Shown one piece after another: positions 10,519 to 23,300 of a stretch of 34,171 bases of DNA (its first letter is position 1; the number at the start of each line of letters is the position of its first letter). The notes under the pieces are model-generated. The model saw only the letters and a list, made by a program, of their open reading frames with translations. It was not told the origin of the DNA and did no database searches. The stretch lies in NCBI GenBank assembly GCA_022813865.1, contig JALDZX010000114.1, positions 1 through 34,171 of the forward strand, read 5' to 3'. Both the position numbers and the translations under genes were made by a program. Source of the DNA: Xylographa opegraphella (Eukaryota).

Positions 10519-12950
10519 TCATCGCCCGTCCCATGCCATGTACCTAGCCATGAGCGCGTTGAGTCAGTAATAGTGGCCTCACGGAAATCTGTACAAGGTG
10601 TCACCGACCTCCAGATGCGTGCGCGCATGTCGCCGCTTCCTGTGGCAAACAGACCTCCTTGGGGGCTGGGAGCTACCGAGATAACTGGTACCCGTTCAAC
10701 AGTTGTTAGCTCAAGCACCCCTGACGGTTTGGCAAATTCGAAGCGTGCATGGAAATTACTTTCCTCCCCTTTCGATCACGGGTTATAGCAAACGTACCGG
10801 AATTCTTATGGCCTTGAAGCATCAATTGTGTTTCACCTGTGCGTGGGTCCCAAAACTGGACGCCTCTATCCTTGGATCCACTGAGTACCCATGCGCCGTC
10901 AGGTGTCAGTGCCACACTGAGTACGAAGTCCTAAAATTGTTACTAACCGACACTCCGATCGATATACACCACCGGAATGATCTTGCCTACCTTATGACCT
11001 TCAAATGTTCTCACACATTTTCCCCCTCGAGGCGGATGTCCAACCATCGGGCGGTGATCACCTATCTCCCACATCTTAATGGTCTTGTCTAAACTACCGC
11101 TGACCAATTCTCGACCGTTTGGGGCGAATGCGACTGAATAGACGCTGTCTTTGTGTCCGTCAACGCCATCAAGCCTTTCGTGGAGGTATCCGTTACGCGT
11201 GTCCCATACACGCACACTCTTGTCGAGAGATCCAGCAGCGACATAGGTCCCATCTGGAGACATAGCCACAGTTGTTACGCCATCTTCAATCTGGAGATTA
11301 AGTATTTCCCGACCGGAGTCAATATCCCATACACGGACTGTACGGTCTCCACTGCCTGAGGCAATGTGTTTGCCATTGCGAGCAAAGTCAAGGGAATAGA
11401 TGTCCTGATCATGACCCGCAAAGGTTTGTCTGATTTTGTTAGTTGCAATATCCCAGACCTGTAGACTTGTATTAGGCGGTGTTCGGTGAGCACAATATCC
11501 GAACTTACTCGAATCTGCTTATCCTCTGCACCTGTTGCAAGATATTTGCCGTCAGGACTGAAGCATACACTACGGATATAAAGATCGCCGTCTTTATCTA
11601 CCGTGTCGTCCTGCAAGCATTGTACCTGATGGCCCGTGCTAACTTCGAAGATTTGAGCTGAACGATTGCAGCCAGTCGCAACGTATCTGCCATCATGACT
11701 GAATCTTACACAACACACGACACTCTCATGCGTTAGAGTGTGAAGCAATTCAACGTCCAACACACGCTGTACTCGTGGGTTGAACACGGCGAACCAGTCG
11801 TCTCCTTCACGCTTCTGATGTGGGGCAAGTAAGTTCGGGTCAAGATCTGCGAGCACATTGCCGACGTCACGTATTTGAGCTTGCTGAGGCGGTGGGGTAG
11901 GCCTCGGAATTTGAGGAGAGCCCCTATCAGGGTAGGAGATCTGCTGGCTCTGTTGAGGTGTAGCCGGCACAGGTGGCCCGCGCCCAGATCGACCCTTTCC
12001 AGCGTTAGGAGAGGCAGTAGGTTGAGGAGCTTGAGAACTGTAGCCTAAGAACCAAAGCATCAGTATCTGCCGAATGTCTAAAGCACAACGAGTGCGACAG
12101 CCCTGCCAGATAAATAATGGTCGTGCTGATAATTTAAACCATGTTACTGGGGGTCACGCACCGCCATTAGCCAAAGAAGGCTGTTGGTAAGGCCCGAAAG
12201 GTTGCTGAGGTTGGGGTGGTCCTGGTGGAGGCTGTGGCATCTGGTGTTGAGGTGGTCCCTGCTGTTGCTGAGATTCTTGGGACGGGGGTGCCAAAGCCGG
12301 GCCTCCTTGACCAGGAGGATTGGCCATTATTCCGCCAAATAAAGTACCTTGGCCGTTCCCAATGTTGGGCGGCTGCGGGTGTGGAGGTCCGGAGTGTGGT
12401 AATCCACCCATATGAGAAGGTGGCCCGCCGCGAGCTTCCAGCTCATGGCGTAGACGAGCAATTTCCTCATCGTACCTATCAAAAAATATGATTTAGTGAA
12501 AGCAATCTCCATCGACCGACTCCTCTATAGTCTTCGTACCTCTGTTTAATGGCGAGTTGAGTTTGCTCCAGGGAATATACTTTCTGTCTCACCATTTCCA
12601 TTTCTTGCATCTGAGCTGTCACTAGATGATCAATGTCCGTCAGCGGTCTGTACGATGGAATCTCCATAGTCATAGCTGCCTCTCGTATTATTGGCCTCGA
12701 CAGATATAGTGCTCAAAATAGAAAGTATGACAGGCCATTCTCAGCAACAAATATGAAGTTCCAGACAAAGACGCGGGATATGGCAGCGGCTAGATATCTA
12801 GCGAAACTACGTAACGGAGGTAAGCTTACTTTGCTGGTCATATTCCGCAGTTCTGTTTTGCTGGTTGTCAAACTCAGCGCGCACCTGATCCAGCAACTCT
12901 GTCAAGCGGCTGCTTGGTGCAGAAACCATCCCACGATGCGCATTATACAT
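10519..12950 (-). CDS. TUP1: WD40 transcriptional co-repressor Tup1/Rco-1/RcoA, ~584 aa, 8 exons: 12950-12830, 12621-12540, 12475-12162, 12044-11509, 11458-10991, 10930-10798, 10684-10609, 10543-10519
   Basis: Tup_N region ([13 protein letters not shown]...[15 protein letters not shown]...[13 protein letters not shown]), P/Q linker, then WD40 motifs [82 protein letters not shown]. All introns GT-AG and the frame is open (1755 nt). Confidence 0.97.
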
Positions 12951-14079
12951 GATGTACAGATGTTACCGTATTCCTGAAGTTTTGGTACTCTCGGCAAAGA
13001 ATAAAGAAAATGCTCCCGTATATTTAGGCGTCCCCAGTCAGAGATGGGAAGGTGTGATCAGAACAATCAATCCGTATGATAAAGGATAATGAGGCCTCAG
13101 TCGCAGGACGCGCCGATTCGCGGAATGTACGCTCGATCAAGGTTGCCGGCGCGTATGTAAAAGCGGCCCTGTGCGATCTTGCGCCAGGAGAATTTTGCTT
13201 CGCTCGTTGTAGCGAATGGTGTTTGTCGCGGATAGCAATGAGTGGGATGCACAGCTGCAATCGGGAGGTCGCGAAGATGCGCCTGAACCGACGATTGTTC
13301 CAGAACTGTTTGATGTTGTTTCTCGGAAAGATAGGAAGATAGTAGCTTACCAAGCAGGTCAGACGAAGGACGACAGGAGTCGATGGTAAAGGTCAAGCGG
13401 GTTGCGGATGGACGATCAATGAGAAGGTTTGTCGAAGGAGCGAAAGCACACTAAAACTGATTCTCTGAGAGCTTTCGGAGTAGCACGTGGAACACAGGCA
13501 GGCAGAGAGGGCGCTAATTCACCAGGACGCGGCCGTACTCCGTACTGCACTCAGGCTGGTCGCCGAAAGAAATTCGAAATACTAATAACAAAGTGACAGT
13601 ATCCAGGGGGTTTCCGAACCAGATAGGGTCTGAGCCACCTCTGCGAGCCCTCTGACCAGAGGGCAACTGCCCTTTGCCCACTTTGTTCTCCCGCGTGCTA
13701 GGATAATGCGACTATCTAAAACACGGGGGGCAAACTTATCTATTCCGTACGCTAGTGTCTATTCGGTTGCTAGTCCAGCAGAGCCTCAATATCCACCCGG
13801 GCGAGGTTGAAGAATGTCATCAAAACCTGTTTACGAGTACCTTGAGCGTTGTGCTACGTGCTGTGATTCACGTGCAAGGATTTTTGGGCTTCGAAATATC
13901 TCCCATGTGCCCAAGCTTGCTCATGGGGAAATGCCACATGAGCATATCAATGATCACCTCCTCCTCTAACACCAACCCAGCCCTGTTCTTTGATTATGAT
14001 TATTATTGCAATAGTAATGTGCTCTTGGTGTAGATATCTTGAATGTGGAGCCACTGACTAACCCTCTCTGGTTTCTCAG

Positions 14080-15109
14080 CTATAGCCGTGGAAGGAAGGT
14101 TTTGGTGTTCTCATATACCAAGAACGTGACGCAACTACTGGGTACGACCCTGAGGAAATTCGGGCCTAGACCTTTATAGAATCCCGAAATTCCTTCTTGC
14201 TTCCATAACCGGTTGACGACGTCTCTTGTGGATTTGTACGTTCTGTCCGCATCGTAAGTCTGTAAGCGCGCTCGAATAACTTGATACGGATAGGTCAAAC
14301 TGCCAGCCAGTATTTTACTTGTCCCACTGAACACGAGATAGTCAAGATTGCTCAGCTTCTGTGGCTGCGGCTGCGGCTGCGGCTGCAGCTGCTTTGCTAA
14401 ACCTCGAGTTCCTCGCCATTTTTTCAGCTGTTCATAGGCCATAAACTGCAGGGCTCCATGCGAGACTCCAAAGAGCGACGGTACGAGCCCACGATAGAAA
14501 CCAGCCAGTCCGTCATGTTTGTATATCCGCCGTGTGCCGTCCCAGATTGACGTATACGCACCAAGGTGTTTTGCAGACGTTGAAAGCATGCGGGTCTTGA
14601 TGACCCAAATCGGGTTCGTGCAAATCGCGGTCAAAGTCCCTGCATTCAAAAATTGTTAGATATGGGTGATAATGTGAACGAAGCATCTGCATACCAGCTG
14701 TGCCAGAGGCGAGGAAGTAGTCGTAAAACGATAGACCTCGACGTAGTCCATGGTATGCAAGCATTGCATGTTTAATCTGGTCGTACAAGAGAAAGTAAAG
14801 CGCCCAACTGACAGAATTACCAATAAGATTCGAGCTAAGGCCCCGATAAAGTGCAAGAAAGCCTCCTTCGGTGCGAAGAATTTGTTTCACAATCGAACTC
14901 GACCTCCCAAGACGAGCATTTGAAGCCCGATCAACTGAGAATAATATCGTTAGCCATGAGACAATAAGCTAGAATGATCAGCCATGCTCACTTTGTAGCC
15001 GTATTTTGATTACATCGAGAGGATGGACGACAATAGTAGTCGCTACGCCGGCTGTAAACCCGGCGACGCTTTCAACGAATGGCGGTGATAGTGATTTTTT
15101 GTTGTTCAT
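14080..15109 (-). CDS. FLX1: Mitochondrial carrier, FAD/folate transporter (Flx1/SLC25A32-like), ~305 aa, 3 exons: 15109-14992, 14934-14695, 14639-14080
   Basis: Three carrier signatures HPLDVIKIRLQ, TNPIWVIKTRM, TYPYQVIRARLQ, and subfamily motifs GNSVSWALYF and GVSHGALQFMAYE. Open 918-nt spliced frame. Confidence 0.9.
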
Positions 15110-15983
15110 ATTAAAGCATGCTTAACTTCGGCAATATGAACGAATGACCAGTAACAGAACGATCCGTCATAATGATCATACATTCTCAACCTCTTGCTGA
15201 TGTGAACCCCACGAGGGCACAATTACTGGACATCTACTTTTGTCTCGGCTGAGTAGTTTTAGCGTTCCTCATGATAAACATTGCCCAGAGCTCATGGAAC
15301 GTATCGCAAATTTCGGGAGTCCGCGATCTATGGGGCATGATAATCTACATTTGATCTCTTCTTCCATCATGGTACACCTTCCGCATATGCTAATCCTACT
15401 ATTATAAATCCATGTCAGGTTTATGACAACAGTCATAGTTCCATTCAGAAAAGCAAGCCCTGACGTGCCCAGATCCTCTCGATTTCGTAGCCAATGATCT
15501 CATGCGAGTGGAGAAAAGAGTCTGAATAGACCATCAGTATATTCAAGCTAATGGGAAACAAGAAGCGTGGATGACCGAATGAAAGACGGTTTGGGATCGC
15601 TGCGAGAGTAGCCTAGAGGATATATCAGCAACCGCCTTCGGCTTGAATCAATTCGCGCCTCCCACCCAAATAGATGATAAGAGGCAGATATCCACTGTAG
15701 AGCGTCAAATTTAATTCCCTAAGCTTAGTTTCTGTGACTCACTAGTGTATCGTAATTCTCGCTATATCAACGACTTTCGCTATGCGCTCCTGCAATTGCC
15801 ACTCAGAGCAAGACAACGAGAGAAGGTGGTCTATATCACTCACCTTGGTCTCATCGGAGAATTGAACCATGGTAAGCGGAGATCTCATTGTTACGAGATT
15901 CTGTTGATCGAATCTATCTACGAGTAAGAGCGGCAAATCCTCACAGCTTCTACCCAGTCTCTCAGGTAGGTTGGGAGGTCGCT

Positions 15984-16177
15984 TGTCACGGACCGCCAAA
16001 TACTATGACAGGGTTAGAGCCAATAGGGTTAGTGGCTTCGCCTAGACACACGCAGGCTAGCGACTCCTGGCACTTGCCGTCAGGTACTTAAGGTAGTTGT
16101 GGGAAGTGGGACCGACCGTGTAAATATAAATAAACAATAATGTTTTGAGAATATACAACTTTGATACTGAATTAACA
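15984..16177 (+). mobile_element. Probable Gypsy-type LTR (194 bp) at the gene/repeat boundary
   Basis: Starts TGTCACGG and ends TAACA (TGACA with one G>A), with TATAAATA near 16126. Flanks TCGCT and TTATT differ only by C>T/G>A changes. Confidence 0.45.
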
Positions 16178-16413
16178 TTATTTCGATAAATTTTATAACA
16201 GATTAAATCGACGTAAATTTGATGAATTGCGAAAATATTAACAAAAAGATTTTGATTTAAAATTTAGAAGTTTAGGAGTCGTTTTTATAACGTAATTAAC
16301 ATATTTTTTGCTGTGAAATATAAGGTTTTAAACTCGAGGTATAATACGTATTTAATTTATCAAGCTGAAATTAAAAAGAGAAATTCAGAATCGTAAATTT
16401 TAATTATATATAT

Positions 16414-17477
16414 TATTCGAAATAATGTCGTTTAACAAAATATTTTTCATGTTGCTTGAGAGCAATATAAATACTAACTCGTTATTAAATTAAGATAATT
16501 ATTAAATTAACGTAATTATTAATTTAACGTAATTATTAATTTAATATAATCGCTAAATTAACGTAATCGTATATAAAGAAAAAAAATTCTTTAAGAAAAA
16601 ACAATTTTCTTACGTATTTTAATAAATAATTTTAATAAATAATTCAATAAAACACTAATTTTATTATTTTAACTTTATTCATTTATTTTAATTGATTATA
16701 AACCCGAATTCGCGCAACGATTAAAACAATTAATCGCACGAAAGAACTTAGTACTCGATAATTTACTACGAAATTTAATATTAATAAATACCACGATTAT
16801 TTACTACGCGTTTTTACAATAAAAATAAATATATATATATTAAACCGCTTTTACTACGCGCTTTAAAAAAAGTAAATAAACTTTATAATTATTTATTACG
16901 CGATTCTTTTAATAAAAACAAGTAAATATATATTTACGATTATTATTACGCGTTTTTAAATAGCAAATAAATTTTTTATAATTTAAAAATTTACGATACT
17001 CACGGCAGCTGATGACGCGAAATTAATATGAATATTATTTATTAATAATTTAATATAATAATAAATATTTTATTTTAATAATATTTTTCTTTCGTCGCAA
17101 ATCGAGTTTTATGTTATTTAAAAAATTTATTTCGATTAATTTGTAAATAAATTAAAACTCGACAAACGATATCGTATATTATAATTTTATAATTTTACTT
17201 CTTTTTTATCGTTTTTTATAAAGAATTTATCGTCATAAATTTCATCAAATTTTACAGTTTTAAGCGCCCTTTCCCTTTGCTAATTAAAACGAATTACTTT
17301 TAATAATTTATTCTCGTCAAAAATTATTTTATATTCAAGCAAGTATTTTATATAATTAAATAAATACTTGACGTTTACGTTGCAGTTGTTTTTATAAATT
17401 CGAATATTATTTTAATTAATAATTAAACTACTTCAATATTTAACTTTTTAAAAAATGATTTAAATCTTGTCGTTGTA
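16414..17477 (+). repeat. Dispersed repeat copy A (~1.07 kb) with 17-bp tandem array and TTACTACGCG subrepeats
   Basis: Colinear with 29226-29951 plus 30792-31114, e.g. attgattataaacccg and aaaacgaattacttttaataatttattctcgt occur in both. Confidence 0.9.
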
Positions 17478-18456
17478 TTTAATAATAATAAACGAGTCAA
17501 ACAAATTAAAAATGATATCTTCAAAATTAACGGGTCGGCTCGGGCCATTTAATTAAATATTATTTTAGCAGTTTAAAGCGATTTAAAGCGATTTTAAACT
17601 CATTATTTTTACGCTGAATTCTTGATTTTAATTGATTTAATCGCTATTAAAATTAATTTAATATTTCGTTAATTACTGGCCTACGTTTATTTAAATTAAT
17701 TCCACCACGATATTTAATAGTAATTATATTATAATTATAACAAGCGTTATTTCGATGATTTTTATATCGATGATTTTAGATTTTCTAAAATCATAATGCC
17801 AAAATATTTTTATATTTTAATATATTATTATTAAGTTCCGCTGCTAATAATAATAATATTTATATTTAAAAGTATCGACGATAAAAGTATAAAAATTAGC
17901 TTAACTATTAAAAATTAAATATTTTTATAATTAAACGTTTGTTAAAATTCTCATTTTCACAGGGTAAATTAAAAACGTTAAAGGATTAGCGTTTGATAAA
18001 AAACGACTCGATTTTAATTATTTCTCGTTGCTTTTTAATACTTTCATAAAGGGTATTTAAGGGCACAAAAGGGTATTTTAAACAAATTTTTTATATAAAA
18101 TAAAAGATTTTCTTTATTATAAAAGACGTATCTAATTATTATAATTTAGTTTATAAAATAAAAAACTTTAATACAATTTTATATGAAAACTAATATTTTT
18201 TTTAAGAACGATAAATTTGTTATTATATTTTTTTTATTTATTTTTTTATTAACGAATTCAATTCAGATCCTTGATCAAACTGTATCAATAAAATTCGAAA
18301 TCGTAACACTGCTATTAAATCGAAATATTTTTAATATTTAAAATTCGTATTAAAGGTATTAAGACTGTTTTTTATTATATACGCTATTAATTATTTATTA
18401 AAGTACTATCGGTGCCGGAATTTTATAAAAATTTATTATTATTTTTCTATAAATTT

Positions 18457-18656
18457 AGTTGAAATGAATGGGTGGAATCAGTATGGTGGAACCAGTGCTT
18501 CATTGAACTACCTGTCAAGATGCGTAAGAAGGTTGCTTTCTTCTTAAGGAAGAAAGCTCCCTTATATACGGNTACGCTAGTCTAGAAGCAGGTTAGCGTC
18601 TATATTGCCTGCAGGCAACATAGAGGGCATTCTGCCAGGCAACGCTATTTCCAACA
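18457..18656 (-). mobile_element. Solo LTR (200 bp, Copia-like termini) without RIP-like decay
   Basis: Minus strand reads TGTTGGAAAT...TATATAAGGG...ATTTCAACT. Exact 5-bp TSD AATTT at 18452-18456 and 18657-18661. Normal GC with CpA/TpG retained. One N at 18572. Confidence 0.8.
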
Positions 18657-20399
18657 AATTTTTTGAATTCTTATTATAAAATAATTAACGTTATCGGCGA
18701 AATCTTTAAATTCTTTTTTTATTATTATTATCGAGTTTATTAATACTTTTAGAGATCACGGTATGTAATTAATCTTAAACATTAACTTAATAAAAAATTT
18801 ATTATTGATTTAAATTTTATTTTCGCGACTCGTTAAAATATTCGAAGTATTATTGAAATCGAAATTGATTTTTATATATAACGATAATTCGATTATAATA
18901 AACGTTATTTAGTTTACATTAATTTAAACGTTAATTAAATTTTTCGAATCAAAGATCGAGTTTAGAAACGATAAACGAGTATACGATTTTATAGTATTCA
19001 AAATCCTTAATTATTATAATAATAAATTGATTGATTTAATGAATATTGAAAACGATTTTGCTTTTATTGATATTATTAAAAAATTTCATCATTAATTGAT
19101 TAAAGGTTTGAATTAAATATAATGAAGAAAAGTTAAAATATATATTCGATAATATTTTGTTAAATTTAATCTTTTTGCAAATTAATTATTTATTGTTTCA
19201 TAAAAAATACGATTTCATTTACTAATTAAACTCGTACGTTGTAATAATTATTATACGTAGAATTTTATTTTAATGAAAATCTTTATTGTATTATATACTC
19301 ATTTCGTCGATCGTATTAATTCGAATTTTGTAGCAAAAATAAAAATAAAGTTTATTAAGTTATTATTTTTTTATATTTAAAATATCTGTAGAAAAAAAGA
19401 TTTTTTTATTATATATTAAATTGGCTTCATTTATACGTAGTAGTAAATATTTAAATTGTTATCTATTTTTAATTTTTAATTTTCGCGTCTTATTTTAATA
19501 ACGGTTTTAAATAGTTTTTAATAAACTCGTTTAAATAAAATTAATTATATAAAATTAATTATATAAAATTATATAAAAATTATATAAACGTTTAAATATT
19601 TTATTTAAATTAACCGGGCGAGCGAGCTATTATTATTTAATTTCGAAAAGTTGTCGTTAAACTATATATTTAATATTGTTAGTATGATTTTATTGAAATT
19701 GATTTTATTAAAGGTTTCGCTAAAAAATTTATAATTAATTTTTATTTAAAATAAAAATAATATAATATAAAATAACGATTGTAAAAAGTAAGGTAAAAAT
19801 ATTAAATAAAAAATTTAAGTAAAATCGTATAATATCGAATAAATAAAGCGAAATACAAATAAATAATTGTATTTATTTAATATTTATACTAATTACGAAT
19901 TATTTATTACGTAATATAAAATTATTAATTTATTAAATTATAAATTTATAAAATATAATAAAGCTAATTGGATTTAAGAAGTATTAAAGCAGAATAAGGT
20001 AATAAAATAGTAAATTATTTTATAATAGCTACGATATTAAATAATATCTAAAAATATTTTAATATATTTTTTATAATAAATTTATCTTTCGTCGCTTAGG
20101 AAAAGCTTTTTACGAAAGAAATAATATTAAAAAAAAGTTCGTTTTAACTCGCTACAGTAATATATATTATATTTTATTTATTTCGCAGAATTTATTTAAG
20201 GAAAAAATTATGTTTATTAATATAATATTAATTCAAAATATATTATCGTTATATTAAAATAAAAAACCCGATCGTTGAGTTTAAATATTTAATAAATTTT
20301 TTCGAAAATTGTTTAAGTACTTTAAACTATATTAAATAAAATTAATTTTAATATATGATTTTATAAATAAAAAAAACTTAAAAAAATATTGTATAAAAT

Positions 20400-23300
20400 A
20401 TTGTGCCTAAAGAAATAAATTACTTCAAGTTTGACAATGATGCCATATCCGTTGAAGTTAGCGATGAGAAAACAATTTATTATAATATATAAAACTTTAC
20501 CTCGCGCCTTCGAGTAAAAACTTTTTTAGAAATATTAAATATATTAAAATATAATTTTAATACTTGCCTGCTGGGCAAAGTTAATAGATAATATATTAAA
20601 AAATTAAATAAAGTTTTTTGTTCAGGCCTGTATAACGACTTAAAGAATATAAAAACTTAATATAAAATTTTAAAAAGCTTTTAGCATTTCTTTATCCCGA
20701 TTAAAAAAATTGTATTATACAATTAAAAATATAAAAAATCGAAAGAATTTTGAAGTATACTGTTAATAAATAATCATTTATAGCAAAAGTGTAAATATTA
20801 TTATATTAAATTATATTTAAACCTTATTAATTTATTGATATTTAAATAATATTTTAGAAATAATATTTCTTGTTATAATACCTGCGACAACTATCAATAA
20901 ATTTATTAAATACATTACAGTTTAAAAATACAATTAATTTGATATATATATAAATAAATTCGAAACTCGAAGAGAAAAAAATAAAAAATAGATATAATAA
21001 TCGTAATTTTTTATTTATGTTAAAGGTTTTCTTATTTCAATCTTTCTTTTTTTAAACGGATTATCGAGATTTTCGAGATCGATTTTCTAGAATTAATCGT
21101 AGTTTTAATTGTCAAAAAACGATATTAAATAAAACCAGGGTCAAAATTTATCGACCAAATAAGAATTCAAAAAACGGAAATAAATTTTTAAAATATTAAT
21201 TTTTTAAAAATAATTAAAAGAACTTCCCAAAGAAGTTTTATTAAAAAACTTATTTTGCTTGAATAATAATGCTAAAAACAACGATGAACTATATAAAACC
21301 TATAAAAAACTATTATTAGAATATTATCTTCGAAAATAAAAATTATTATAATAATAATAATAATAATAGCGAGAATAATTAAAAAAATAATAACAAATTA
21401 ATATTGTGAAAGCCAATTTCGCGGCGAATATTTTTAAATCTTTGAAATTTAAAAAACATAAGTTGCCTTCTTTTAAGAATAAACTTTATTAATACGTTCG
21501 TCAAGATTTATGTATCAAACCGCTCAAGATTGATACGAAAAATCTATTTTTCTTCGAATAGAAAATTTATAAAAATAAACCTTTTAATTAACGAACTATA
21601 AAACTAACATTTTTGAAAACTTTATTAAAAAAAGAATATTTATTTCAAAATTAATGATATATTATGATAAAAATAACCTTGGGTTTCTTTATTAACGGAA
21701 AAACGAATATTTATTTAATTACAAAATATACCATAAATTTTATTAATAAAGACTTTTTTTACAACGCTATTTTTAATATAAAAGTCAAAATAATATATTT
21801 ATATTTATAAAAATTCGTAGTATTGATTCGTTGAATCATACAGCGAATTAATAAATCGTTATTAATATATTATTTAAAAACGATGATGGCAAAATAGTTT
21901 ATATTAAACGAAAAATTAATTTAATTAACGAATTAAAAGCGAATATATTTATAAAGATCGATATTATTACTTTTAAAAACATTTCAATTAATTTTATATT
22001 GAAAAGAATTATATTTAAATCTTGCGATTTTATTTAAATATTTATATTCATTAAAAATCGATTATTAAAGATTTAAAAAATAATTTTCTGCAATAAAAAA
22101 CTATTATTTCGTTTTATACTTATCAAGCTATATTTATTAAAGATATTAAAGAAAAATCCTTAAATTTTTTTTAAAAGTCGTAAATTTTTTTCCGAATCGA
22201 ACAGGGTTCGATAACAATTATAGATATTCGTATATATTATTAATTATAATATATTTTTAATTTTCGTGCAAAACGATTTTAATATAAACGTTATTCTACT
22301 ATAAAATATACGTATAAAAAATATAATAAAATACGAGGCAGATAAATACTTTATAACGACGATTGAAATATTATTAAATAACGCAGAGCTTGCCGCAAAA
22401 TGATGAAAATTTTTAAAATCGAAATAATTTAAAAAAATCGTAAAAGAGTTTACTAATAATAATATTATTAATTAGCGTTATTATTTTAAAAATCATTTTT
22501 TTAATTATCTACGAATATAAATTTGCGAACGAAGTTATAATCTATAATAATATATCGATTATTATATTTTTAAAATTTATTACGACAAAATACCTCGATT
22601 TTTAAATTAATAAAGAAAATACTGCGAACGTATTTAAATTTCAATAAATAAATATATTTTTAACAAATAATTAAAAAAAATAATAAATTAAAATAGGCTT
22701 AAATATATTTAGTAAAATAACGAAATTATAATAATATCGATAAAACCTTTGATGAATTATATGTTTAAAAAATAGAATAAACGAAATTTACTATATTCTT
22801 TGACTATTTATATTTCGTAGTTTAAAAAATTTAAACATATAAAATAAAAATAAAATAATCGTTGATATTCGCGCTTTTAATAAAATTATAATGTTAAATA
22901 TTTATTTAGTACCCTTTTAAGCGGAAATACTCGCAGTTGTAAATAATATTATATATATTACTATCGTTGACGTATATTATTTTTATTATTATTAATAATA
23001 CGGAAAGTATATCAATATTGTTTAATAATTTTAAGCTATAAAGGCCAAAAACCTTTAATATAACGATAATAAAATATCGAAATTCTTTGACGTATATATA
23101 AAAAATAAATTAATAAAATGTTAGAACTCTGCCGTAAGTTTATAAAAATTTACGTTAGTATTTATTTTATTTCATTTCATTTCATTTTATAAACAAGTAT
23201 TTTTAGTATTTTAACGAAATATCCAAGCTTTTAGCGTAATTTATTTATATATATTTTTTATCTAATAAATTTTAATAGCTATTTTTAATAGCTTTGTTTG

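Noticed and set aside
12820..12829. Palindrome GTAAGCTTAC giving a donor consensus on both strands at TUP1 intron 1
   Set aside because: Explained by the real donor plus four chance bases, with no antisense gene evidence.
15742..16091. Small ORFs before the AT block
   Set aside because: Short, no homology recognisable by eye, partly overlapping the putative LTR.
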